A stretch of 18,635 nucleotides of DNA from a bacterium (GTDB lineage Bacteria; UBA8248). Shown piece by piece: positions 1-8,143 of the stretch. The stretch covers positions 1 to 18,635 of the forward strand of contig CBDBZY010000015.1 of the NCBI GenBank assembly GCA_965213685.1, in the 5' to 3' direction. The translations under genes were made by a program, and so were the position numbers. The notes below the pieces were generated by a model, which saw only the letters and a list, made by a program, of their open reading frames with translations, searched no databases and was not told where the DNA came from. The stretch's first letter is position 1. The number at the start of each line of letters is the position of its first letter.

Positions 1-2800
1 CCCTGGAAGCAGTACCAGAAACAGTTTAACGCCTACGAGAAAACCCTCGGAGAGGAAGAGCTCGCGAGGCTCAGGGAGTCCGTCGGCCCGAAAGTTGCGG
101 ATATCGACCGCAAGATCGCCGAGCAGAAACAAAAGCTCGCCAATGACCAGGAGCTGGCGAACCTCCAGAAAGAACTGGCCAGGAGCGAACTCGACGCCTT
201 TGAAAAGGTGCAGGAGCTCGGCTTCCGGAAGGGCGCTCTACGATCAGTCCTATTTCTATCTCCAGGAAGCCATTCGGCAGGGGCACAACAAGGAGGCCGA
301 ACAAAGGGAAGTCGATGAGGCCAAAACCCAGCTCGACCAGATACAGCCCATCGCGGAGAAGGCGGAAGCCGCCAGGGACGCGATAAAGGCGAAGATTGAG
401 GCCAAGCAAAAACAGATGAAAGCGCTGGAGGCGGCGAGGCGGGAGGCGGCCAGTGCCATCTCCTTCCAGGAGCGGCGCCTCCAGGGCATCGCCAGCCGCA
501 CGTATGACATCCACCAGCTCGTCCTGCGCGAGTATGAGCGCAACAACTTCAACGAGCCCCTGATGAAGGTGGATCGATGCCAGACGTGTCACTTGGGCAT
601 CAACAGGGCGGGCTTTGAGAAGGCACCGCAGCCATTCCGCACGCACCCCGACAGACGCCTCTACCTCTCAAAACATGAATTCAACAAAGTCGGCTGCACG
701 CTTTGTCACGGCGGGCAGGGAACGGCCGTCACCAGCGTCGACAAGGCACACGGGCACGTCCAGTTCTGGGAAGACCCCCTCCTCTACGGCAGCGAGGCGC
801 AAACCAAGTGCAGAAGCTGCCACACCGAGGTTTTCAACATTCCGGAAGCCCCCAAGATTTCCCGCGGAATCTCTCTCGTCCGGGAGCTGGGTTGCAACGG
901 CTGCCACACCCTTCCGGGGACGGAGGACCTGCGGCAGGTAGGACCCGACCTCTCGAGGATTCAGGAAAAGGTATCGCCCGCCTGGCTCGTATCCTGGATC
1001 AAGAAGCCACAGGACTATAATCCGAGAACCCGTATGCCCTACTTCAGCCTGACGGACGAGGAGGCGTTCGACATCGCCACCTACGTCTGGCGGCAGGGAC
1101 CGCGGAAGGCGCAACCCACAGAGGTTCCGAATCTGGGCGCGCCCGCGCAGATTCAGAAGGGAAAATCCATTTTCGAGGCCGTCGGGTGTCTGGGTTGTCA
1201 TGTTCGCGACGAAAAGGACGCAAACCCCGGCCCGCCCCTGGAGGGCGTGAACGGAAGGGCCATCGTCTACCGGAACCGGGATTTCGCCCCCGCGCTGCGG
1301 AACATCGGCGCGAAGGTGCAACCGGATTGGCTGTTCCGGTGGCTGAAAGACCCCCGGGCCTACTGGCATGACACGAAAATGCCCAGCCTTCGCCTCTCCG
1401 ACGAGGAAGCGGGTGCGGTGACGTCCTATCTCATCAGCCTCACGCCCCCGGAGAGGCGACCCCAAAAACCCCGGAAACTGGGAGACGCGGCCTCCTACGA
1501 ACGCGGCAAGAAGCTCGTGGCGACGCGCGGCTGTTTTGGCTGCCACGTCATCCCCGGCACGGAGAGCCTGTCGAAAATCGGCCCGGACCTGACCCGCTTC
1601 GCCGCCAAGAAGCCGTTTGAGCTCTCCTTCGGGAACGTGGTGGACATGCCCCACACGTGGGAGTCCTGGACGTTCAACAAGCTGAAGAATCCCCAAATCT
1701 ATCAGACGGAGCGCGAAACCCTCCTCATGCCGAATTTTCAGTTCACGGATGCGGAGGTCTCCGCGATACGCACCCTGCTCCGCTCCATGACGCCCCACGG
1801 CGCGCCGCACAGCGTCCACGCCAGACTGGACACCCGCGCCCGGCGGATTGAGAAGGGGCGCCGGATGATCGAGAAGTACAACTGCAACGGCTGCCACGTG
1901 ATCGAGAACTGGGGGGGCGACCTGCTCAGGCGGTATCCGGAGAAAACAAATGGACCGCCATTGCTGAACGGCGAGGGCAGGAAGGTGCAGCCGGGCTGGT
2001 TCTTCGGCTTCCTGCGCAACGTCGTGACCCTCCGCCCCTGGCTGCAGGTGCGGATGCCCAGCTTCCAGATGCCGGAGGAGGACGCCGCCGCACTCGTCGA
2101 CTACTTTGCCGCGCTCGACTCGAAACTCCGCCCCTATATTCATTTTGACGGCGCGAAAGTCACCGCGAAAAACTTCCAGGCCGGAAAAGAGCTGTTCCAG
2201 AAGGCGGAATGCCTCGCCTGCCATGGCGAATGGCCGCCTCCGGAGGGACAGGAACCCCCGACGGCGCCGAACCTCCTGTTCGCCAAGGAGCGCCTGCGCC
2301 CCGACTGGATATCCGACTGGCTGGTCAACCCGGGGAAAATCCAGCCGGGAACCAAGATGCCGAATTTCTTCGAGGGCGCGGGGCTTCGGGCCAACGTGTT
2401 GCGGGGCACAAGAGGCGAGAAGGAAGACGGGCGATTCACCTACACCCTGGAGACCGGGGAGGAGGCGGAACTGGCGGAGGAGCAATTCGCTACCCTGCGC
2501 ATCGGCAGTGGCACCCACCTCGTGAGGGTGATGGCCATTGACGAGAAGGAGGTCACCATCTCCTCGCCATCCGATCTGGGAAAAACCATCGGCAAAGGGG
2601 TGATAGAGAGCCACGGAGAACCGATTGACGAAGAGACACTCGGGGGGGATGCGTATCGGCAAATCCGCGCGATTCGCGATTACCTGATGCTCGAGAGCAA
2701 CTTCGCGGCCCCGCCGGCCGCCCAGGCGAATGCGCCGCGCCGCGCACCCGCTGCGCCAAAACCCGAACAGGCGGCCCAGACCGGCGCATCGCCGGGATAA
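1..2800 (+). CDS. Multiheme (8 CxxCH) cytochrome c, 5'-truncated by the window edge, with an apparent +1 frameshift at 231-233
   Basis: Frame 1 from base 1 reads PWKQYQKQFNAYEKTLGEEELARL...ELGFRK (coiled-coil-like) and stops at TGA 316-318. Frame 2 continues ALYDQSYFYLQE... to TAA 2800. Heme motifs: CQTCH, CTLCH, CRSCH, CNGCH, CLGCH, CFGCH, CNGCH, CLACH. The last five are each followed by an MP motif typical of class I c domains. The ORF-track start at 95 is probably an artefact. Confidence 0.9.
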   Translation, partial: PGSSTRNSLTPTRKPSERKSSRGSGSPSARKLRISTARSPSRNKSSPMTRSWRTSRKNWPGANSTPLKRCRSSASGRALYDQSYFYLQEAIRQGHNKEAEQREVDEAKTQLDQIQPIAEKAEAARDAIKAKIEAKQKQMKALEAARREAASAISFQERRLQGIASRTYDIHQLVLREYERNNFNEPLMKVDRCQTCHLGINRAGFEKAPQPFRTHPDRRLYLSKHEFNKVGCTLCHGGQGTAVTSVDKAHGHVQFWEDPLLYGSEAQTKCRSCHTEVFNIPEAPKISRGISLVRELGCNGCHTLPGTEDLRQVGPDLSRIQEKVSPAWLVSWIKKPQDYNPRTRMPYFSLTDEEAFDIATYVWRQGPRKAQPTEVPNLGAPAQIQKGKSIFEAVGCLGCHVRDEKDANPGPPLEGVNGRAIVYRNRDFAPALRNIGAKVQPDWLFRWLKDPRAYWHDTKMPSLRLSDEEAGAVTSYLISLTPPERRPQKPRKLGDAASYERGKKLVATRGCFGCHVIPGTESLSKIGPDLTRFAAKKPFELSFGNVVDMPHTWESWTFNKLKNPQIYQTERETLLMPNFQFTDAEVSAIRTLLRSMTPHGAPHSVHARLDTRARRIEKGRRMIEKYNCNGCHVIENWGGDLLRRYPEKTNGPPLLNGEGRKVQPGWFFGFLRNVVTLRPWLQVRMPSFQMPEEDAAALVDYFAALDSKLRPYIHFDGAKVTAKNFQAGKELFQKAECLACHGEWPPPEGQEPPTAPNLLFAKERLRPDWISDWLVNPGKIQPGTKMPNFFEGAGLRANVLRGTRGEKEDGRFTYTLETGEEAELAEEQFATLRIGSGTHLVRVMAIDEKEVTISSPSDLGKTIGKGVIESHGEPIDEETLGGDAYRQIRAIRDYLMLESNFAAPPAAQANAPRRAPAAPKPEQAAQTGASPG

Positions 2801-3007
2801 CCACCCGCGTTTCCCAAACCAAAAACCCGGAGTGGCGGCGGACACGCTTCGGGCGGCCGCCCTCCGCCAGAACCCGGAGACGCCCCCGGAAGCCGCCCGG
2901 CGGCTCCCGCCATGCCCGCATGACAGCAGATGACGGGCGGGGGGCGGAGAAAAGGCAAAAGGCGGGAGGACTGTGCGCACGGGGCGCGCGGGATCGTTTT
3001 TACTATT

Positions 3008-3694
3008 TCATTTTTTGCCTCTGACTCTCCGCTCGTTCACGCGCTTGTGGGCCGCGCGTATCACCTCGGGGAGACGATACCTCGATGTGGTTTCCAGCAC
3101 CCAGCGCACCGAATCCCGGATGTCGATGCGGTGGCCCGGAGATACGTATACGGGTTTCACCCCCCTCCGCGTTCTGAGGACGGCGCCCACCTTCTCCCCA
3201 TCCGGCGCATGCAGGTATTGCCAATCCCCCTTCTGCTCCCCGAGCGTCCCGGACGCCTCTCCGAACAGGCGGCTTTTGGCGCACCCGATGGAAGGAAGCC
3301 CCAGGCGCAGCCCCATGTGCGAGGCGATGCCGAACCCTCTGGGGTGGGCCGTGCCCTGGCCGTCGAAGATGATGAGGTCCGGCCGCTCGGCCAGCCCCCG
3401 CAGCGCCTCTTCGAGCAAAAAACCCTCCCGAAACGAGAGCAGCCCGGGCACGTAGGGAAACCGCAATTCCCCGGCGCAGAAGGACTCGTCCACAATCCGC
3501 ATGTCCGGCCAGGAAAAAACGACCACGCCGCCCACGCCGGACTTGCCGCGCCATTCACAGGAAATGTCGGCACCGGCAATCGTTCCGGGAGGGGCGGCGA
3601 ACGGACGGAGGGAGAGGCGCTTGCGAAGCGCCCTTTGAAGCCGAATCGCCTCTGCGGGGCGTATGTCCCAGGAATGGCGCAACAAGTCCGTCAT
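3008..3694 (-). CDS. nfi: Endonuclease V (deoxyinosine 3' endonuclease)
   Basis: Motifs IAGADIS, FPYVPGLLSFREG, IFDGQGTAHPRGFGIASHMG, SIGCAKS, KPVYVSPGH, YRLPEVIRAAH. Start placed at ATG 3694 (MTDLLRHSW) based on usual family length. Confidence 0.95.
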   Translation of the reverse strand: MTDLLRHSWDIRPAEAIRLQRALRKRLSLRPFAAPPGTIAGADISCEWRGKSGVGGVVVFSWPDMRIVDESFCAGELRFPYVPGLLSFREGFLLEEALRGLAERPDLIIFDGQGTAHPRGFGIASHMGLRLGLPSIGCAKSRLFGEASGTLGEQKGDWQYLHAPDGEKVGAVLRTRRGVKPVYVSPGHRIDIRDSVRWVLETTSRYRLPEVIRAAHKRVNERRVRGKK

Positions 3695-3764
3695 GGGCGC
3701 ATCACCAGAAAGGCGCCCCGCCGCGCGCTTCACCTCCGATTCGGGGGCGAGGGGGAGGCGGACG

Positions 3765-5993
3765 CTAACGGGAGCGAATCTTCAGAATCCCCCTTTTGCG
3801 CCGCGCCGCCTCGGGCGCGACCCGCTCCACGGAGAGGATCAGCTTTTCGTCCCGAATTTTTTTCATCACATCGTTGAGGTGGGCCAGGTCGCGCACCTGG
3901 ACGTCCAGGCGAATCCCCGCTTTCTCTTGGGACGCCTCCGCCGCGACGCGGGAGATGTTCGCTCCGCAGCCCGCGATAGCCGCGCTGAGACTCGCCAGGA
4001 CGCCCGGCCTGTCCCGCGCCTCCACCGCAAGCGTCACCATGTGCACCTGATCCTTGCGAATATCGCCCCAGGAAACCTCCACCAGGGACTCTTGCCCGTC
4101 CATCAGCGCCTTCATGTGGGCGCAAGTCTCAAGGTGTACCGTCACGCCCCGGCCGCGCGTGATAAAGCCGACGATGCTATCGCCCGGAATCGGCTGACAG
4201 CATTTGCCGTAGCGAATCAGGACATCGTCCTGGCTTTGCACGCGGATGCCCGTTTTGCTCTTGTGGCGGCTCACGCGGTCCACCAGGCGCCGGAGGCGGG
4301 ATTTGTCCCGTTTGTTCCGTTCGCGCACGAGTTTCTCCGGCAAGAGTTTCTCCGCCACCCGCCGCGCGGACACGCGCCCGAAGCCGATGGACGCCAGCAG
4401 ATTTTCATCGTTTTGAACCCCGAAGGACGGCGCCGCCTCCCGCAGCCTCTCCGGCTCCATGTAGGCCGAGACGCTCTCCGCGTACCGCTCCAGCTCATGC
4501 GTGAGCAGCTCCTTGCCGAGCGTGAGGGAGCGCTCCCTCTGCCCTTGCTTTATCCAGTTCCTGATTTTTTGCTTCGCCCGGGCGGTGGCGACAAATTTCA
4601 TCCAGTCGGCGCTGGGGTGTCGGTGCGGATTCGTCAATATCTCCACCATGTCGCCATTTTCCAGGAGCTTGCCCAGCGGCGCGATCTTCCCGTTCACCTT
4701 GGCGCCCACGCAATGGCTGCCCACCTCCGTGTGGATGGAGAAGGCGAAATCGACCGGCGTCGCCCCGCGCGGAAGGCTCTTGACCTCGCCCCGGGGCGTG
4801 AAGACAAACACCTCATCCTGAAACAGGTTCACCTTCACGGAATCCACCAGGTTCTGCGGGTCGGACTCCTCGTTCAGACTCTCGACGATTCGCCGGATCC
4901 ACTCGAACTTGTCGGCCAGGCCGTCGTTGACCTCCTCCCCCTCCTTGTACTTCCAGTGCGCGGCAATCCCCTCCTCCGCCACCCGGTGCATCTCTTTCGT
5001 CCGAATCTGGAACTCCACCCTCTGGCCCCCCGGCCCCAGGACGGTCGTGTGGAGCGACTGATACAGGTTCGCCTTGGGCAGGGCGATGTAATCCTTGAAG
5101 CGTCCGGGTATGGGCGTCCATTTGGAATGCAAGATCCCCAGAATCGCGTAACAGTCCTTCACGTCGTCCACCGTGATTCTCACGCCGCAAATGTCATACA
5201 CCTGATGGAAATCGAGATTTTGCGTCCGCATTTTCTTGTAAATGCTGGAATGCAGTTTGAAGCGCGCGGAGGTGGTGCCATCGACGCCGGCTTCCTCGAG
5301 CGTCTCGTTCAACTGGGAAATGACCTCCTCCATATACGCCTCGCGGTCTTCCAGGCCATCGCGGAGCATCTCGTCAATTTCCAGGAACTCCTTGGGGTGC
5401 AGATGCTTGAACGCCACGTCCTCCAGCGCCCCCTTGAGCCAGCCGATTCCGATGCGATTGGCGAGCGGAGCGTATATCTCCGCCGTCTCGCGCGCGATGC
5501 GTTCCCTCCTCTTCCTGGGAAGGTGGTGCAGCGTGAGGGCGTTGTGGAGCCTGTCGGCGAGCTTGATGATGATGACCCGGATGTCCTTCGCCATGGCGAG
5601 CAGCATCTTCCGGTAGCTTTCCGCCTGGCGCACCTGGGTGTTCGATACGTCGATCTTCGCGAGCTTCGTGACGCCGTCCACGAGTTCGGCGACGTGTTCT
5701 CCAAAATGCTCCTTGATCTCCTGGAGCGTCGTGGAGGTGTCCTCCACCGTATCGTGCAGCAACCCGGTGCACACCGCCTCGGGGTCCTGGCGCAACTCCG
5801 CCAGAATGCGCGCCACCTCCAGCGGATGGGATATGTAGGGCTCCCCGGAGACCCGCGACTGGCCCTTGTGGACTTTGGCCGTGAAAATATAGGCTTTGGT
5901 GAGCAGGTCCGCGCAGCCGGGCGAATACTCCTCGACCAGGTCGACGATATCCATGATCCGGGCCGGCGGACGGGACGTCAAAACGGGAGGCAA
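3765..5993 (-). CDS. rel: Long bifunctional (p)ppGpp synthetase/hydrolase (RelA/SpoT homologue)
   Basis: HD hydrolase domain (SGEPYISHP, LLHDTVED, IKLADRLHN), synthetase (RFKDYIALPKANLYQSLHTT, EFQIRT), TGS (VFTPRGEV...DFAFSIHTEVG), zinc finger (CCQPIPGD...H..TC) and C-terminal ACT (ARDRPGVLASL). TTG start preceded by GAGGAGG at 7 nt spacing. Confidence 0.96.
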   Translation of the reverse strand: MPPVLTSRPPARIMDIVDLVEEYSPGCADLLTKAYIFTAKVHKGQSRVSGEPYISHPLEVARILAELRQDPEAVCTGLLHDTVEDTSTTLQEIKEHFGEHVAELVDGVTKLAKIDVSNTQVRQAESYRKMLLAMAKDIRVIIIKLADRLHNALTLHHLPRKRRERIARETAEIYAPLANRIGIGWLKGALEDVAFKHLHPKEFLEIDEMLRDGLEDREAYMEEVISQLNETLEEAGVDGTTSARFKLHSSIYKKMRTQNLDFHQVYDICGVRITVDDVKDCYAILGILHSKWTPIPGRFKDYIALPKANLYQSLHTTVLGPGGQRVEFQIRTKEMHRVAEEGIAAHWKYKEGEEVNDGLADKFEWIRRIVESLNEESDPQNLVDSVKVNLFQDEVFVFTPRGEVKSLPRGATPVDFAFSIHTEVGSHCVGAKVNGKIAPLGKLLENGDMVEILTNPHRHPSADWMKFVATARAKQKIRNWIKQGQRERSLTLGKELLTHELERYAESVSAYMEPERLREAAPSFGVQNDENLLASIGFGRVSARRVAEKLLPEKLVRERNKRDKSRLRRLVDRVSRHKSKTGIRVQSQDDVLIRYGKCCQPIPGDSIVGFITRGRGVTVHLETCAHMKALMDGQESLVEVSWGDIRKDQVHMVTLAVEARDRPGVLASLSAAIAGCGANISRVAAEASQEKAGIRLDVQVRDLAHLNDVMKKIRDEKLILSVERVAPEAARRKRGILKIRSR

Positions 5994-6109
5994 CGAATTT
6001 CCTCCTCTGCCGGCCTGAGCACTCGCGACGAACGAAGAGAGGGAGTGCCCCCCTCCCCCCGGTTCCCGCCATCAGAGGCCGGACCCCAAACAACCACCTC
6101 TCCCGTGAA

Positions 6110-6138
6110 ACGCTACCCGAGCCATGGGAGGGCGTCAA
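6110..6138 (-). promoter_or_regulatory. Putative sigma70 promoter for rel-nfi
   Basis: Minus strand TTGACG (6138-6133), 17 nt spacer, TAGCGT (6115-6110), about 110 nt upstream of the rel start. Confidence 0.6.
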
Positions 6139-6162
6139 GGAGTCCGTTCCCCTCCTCCTCCC

Positions 6163-6187
6163 AAAAAACTCCCCGTCTCGGGGGGAG
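6163..6187 (-). terminator. Putative intrinsic terminator downstream of the polyferredoxin gene
   Basis: Minus strand CTCCCC-CCGAGAC-GGGGAG followed by TTTTTT, just upstream of the rel promoter. Confidence 0.6.
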
Positions 6188-6389
6188 GGGGGGAGCCGTT
6201 TATTCCGGGCGCTTTCTCCTCGCGGCCATCGGCTCAGGAGAGGAGCGGGGCTGGCCGCTCCGCGCGGACCGCACGGGGCGGTTGCACATCACAGCCACAA
6301 CAACAAAGCGCGAGAGAGGCTACGCGAAAGCGGGGAGGGGCGCACGGACGCAACAAAACCGAACGGGGGAGACGCGCGGCCTCGTGCCA

Positions 6390-6869
6390 TCAATAGGCGC
6401 GGAGGGGCGAGGTCACGAACTCGTGCATGAACGGCGTCATGTATTCGGACTCATCCTCATGCTTGGGCACGATGATCGCCCCCTTGTTGCAAATCTCCTC
6501 GCAAAGCCGGCAACCCACGCAGGTGGACTGATCCACCACGGCCACCGCGCTGTGATCCCGCTCGACGGACGAGGGGGCCATGCGAATGCAGTCGAACGGG
6601 CACACGTCCACGCACCAGACGCAGCCCGTGCAGTTCTCCTCCAGGACGAACGCCTTGGGCATGTCCTTGTGCTTGATGTTCCTGATCACGTCGCCCGTGT
6701 CATCCTGAATGGCGAACGCCGGGCAATACTTGCCGCACACGCCGCAGTCGATGCACAGGGTGGGGTCGATTTTGTAGATGTCGCGCGGCTCGCCCGTGAT
6801 GGCCTTCGTCGGACAAACGGGCTCGCACACCGAACACCCGATGCAAGCGTCAAATATGAAGTGGGGCAT
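6390..6869 (-). CDS. Polyferredoxin with four [4Fe-4S] motifs
   Basis: CIGCSVCEPVCP, CIDCGVCGKYCP, CTGCVWCVDVCP and CVGCRLCEEICN in 159 aa. AGAGG upstream of the ATG. Confidence 0.93.
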   Translation of the reverse strand: MPHFIFDACIGCSVCEPVCPTKAITGEPRDIYKIDPTLCIDCGVCGKYCPAFAIQDDTGDVIRNIKHKDMPKAFVLEENCTGCVWCVDVCPFDCIRMAPSSVERDHSAVAVVDQSTCVGCRLCEEICNKGAIIVPKHEDESEYMTPFMHEFVTSPLRAY

Positions 6870-6987
6870 CTGTCCGCCTCTTAAGAGAATGGTTTATTGT
6901 TTATTTGTTGCTCAAAAAGGGCGACGGGTGCATCACCGAAAACACATTAAAATTAGATTCTCCATCGGCAAAATGACGCAACGACTC

Positions 6988-7017
6988 AGAATAGCCACGC
7001 AGCGGGCGGATTGTCAA
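6988..7017 (-). promoter_or_regulatory. Putative sigma70 promoter for the polyferredoxin gene
   Basis: Minus strand TTGACA (7017-7012), 18 nt spacer, TATTCT (6993-6988), followed by an AT-rich leader. Confidence 0.6.
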
Positions 7018-7080
7018 GGCGCATCCGGAGCGGGCGGCCCCCCGGCCCCGCGCAGGCGGGAGCGAGGGGCTCCCGTTCTC

Positions 7081-7109
7081 TTGCCCTCCGCCCCGGTTTC
7101 CGTCAGAAT
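7081..7109 (+). promoter_or_regulatory. Putative sigma70 promoter for the 55-aa peptide and Mrr-like genes
   Basis: TTGCCC (7081-7086), 17 nt spacer, CAGAAT (7104-7109), 50 nt upstream of GTG 7159. Confidence 0.4.
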
Positions 7110-7158
7110 GGGGACGTTGCCTTGACCGCCGCGCACACCAGACTGAAAGGGGTTTTAC

Positions 7159-7326
7159 GTGGAAAATTTTCTGGCCATTCTGACAAAGCCCGACAACATT
7201 CCCATCGCGTTCATGATGCCCTTGGTGGCGTATTTCGTCTGGCTGGCGATATCGCAAGGCCTCCGGCACGACAAGCTGATCGAAAAAGGAAAAAAAGACG
7301 ACGTCTATGACGAGATGATTCGCTAG
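7159..7326 (+). CDS. Small membrane protein (55 aa, KPDNIPI motif), probable cytochrome bc complex accessory or split segment of subunit IV
   Basis: Not in the ORF track. GTG start after AAAGGGG. Translation MENFLAILTKPDNIPIAFMMPLVAYFVWLAISQGLRHDKLIEKGKKDDVYDEMIR-TAG has one hydrophobic helix and a charged tail. Confidence 0.8.
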   Translation: MENFLAILTKPDNIPIAFMMPLVAYFVWLAISQGLRHDKLIEKGKKDDVYDEMIR

Positions 7327-7418
7327 GCGTTTTCGCATCCATCCTAGAGGACGCCTCTCCGTCAACCCCGCCCCGCCGGCGGCGTGGCGCCCTCCTCCCC
7401 GCAGATTGGGAACCCAAG

Positions 7419-7934
7419 ATGCTGGAACTCATCTTTTTCGCTCTCGTCCTGGGCTTCATCACCATACTGTTCGTCAAGAGAACCACCTCGAACATCGCAC
7501 TCGAGGCGGACGCGCAGCAGGACGGGAGCGATTCGGAAATCGACTCCCTGCGGCGCATGCCCTCCCAGGCGTTTGAGCGGATGCTGACCGATTTGCTCGA
7601 GGGCATGGGCCTGCGCATCGTGGAGGTGCACTGGGTCAACGAGGAGGAAATCGACATCCTCGCCCACAGCCCCGCCCCCATCATCGGCGGCGACTACATC
7701 ATCCATGGCATCCTCGTGCCCGAGGGCGATTTCGTGAACTCGATACGGGTGATCGGCCTGTCCGACACCGTGCGCGCCGAGAGGGCGCTGAAGGGCATCC
7801 TGATATCGACGGGATATTTCACCGAAGAGGTGCAGAAATACTCCGAAGGCGCTCCCCTGGAGCTGATCAACGTCTCCAGGCTTCGGGAGATACTCCACGC
7901 GCACGACATGACCTGGCCCTCGGGTTCGCCGTAA
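7419..7934 (+). CDS. Membrane-anchored Mrr-type restriction-endonuclease-fold protein, probably catalytically inactive
   Basis: N-terminal TM helix (LIFFALVLGFITILFV), then an Mrr_cat-like pattern: AFERMLTDLLEGMG, IDILA, KGILISTGYFT, LELINVSRLREIL. The expected QxK/ExK position reads IIHGI. Confidence 0.8.
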   Translation: MLELIFFALVLGFITILFVKRTTSNIALEADAQQDGSDSEIDSLRRMPSQAFERMLTDLLEGMGLRIVEVHWVNEEEIDILAHSPAPIIGGDYIIHGILVPEGDFVNSIRVIGLSDTVRAERALKGILISTGYFTEEVQKYSEGAPLELINVSRLREILHAHDMTWPSGSP

Positions 7935-8009
7935 GGACGCCCCCGCGCGCGCCTCTAGCTGGCTCCGCCCCCGCATACCCCGCCGCCCGCCCGCCACAGT
8001 GCGAAACGC

Positions 8010-8054
8010 AAAAAAAAACCGCCGCCTCCCCTCGCTACGAGGAAGCGGCTTTTT
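8010..8054. terminator. Putative bidirectional intrinsic terminator between the Mrr-like gene and the bc operon
   Basis: A-run 8010-8018, stem GCCGC..CCTCG-CTA-CGAGG..GCGGC (8021-8049), T-run 8050-8054, located between convergent transcription units. Confidence 0.65.
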
Positions 8055-8143
8055 CTGAATGGCTGCGTGGATTGTGCCCCTGAGGAACCCGTTTCCGGCG
8101 CTCCCCTTCTCACTCCCTCCCGCCGTCAGACGCAGAGACCTCC

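Noticed and set aside
95-232. ORF-track N-terminus of the cytochrome (MRISTARSPS...)
   Set aside because: Ser/Arg-rich off-frame sequence with no signal peptide. Frame 1 gives the plausible protein.
668-2980. 770-aa minus-strand ORF and other overlapping ORFs
   Set aside because: Antisense to the well-supported cytochrome c gene, with no domain signal.
2801-3007. Short repeats (AACCCGGAG twice) and the palindrome AGCCGCC-C-GGCGGCT as a CRISPR, REP or ncRNA
   Set aside because: Only two short copies with no regular spacing. Compatible with ordinary GC-rich sequence or termination hairpins between convergent genes.
3663-6884. 1073-aa plus-strand ORF
   Set aside because: Antisense shadow of rel and the ferredoxin gene. 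It has no recognisable motifs, and long shadow ORFs are expected at this GC content.
7406-7417. TTGGGAACCCAA inverted repeat just before the Mrr-like start
   Set aside because: Too short and single-copy to support an operator or RBS-occluding hairpin.
7419-7934. Active restriction or anti-phage system
   Set aside because: The catalytic Lys motif is missing, and there is no methyltransferase or other defence gene in the window.
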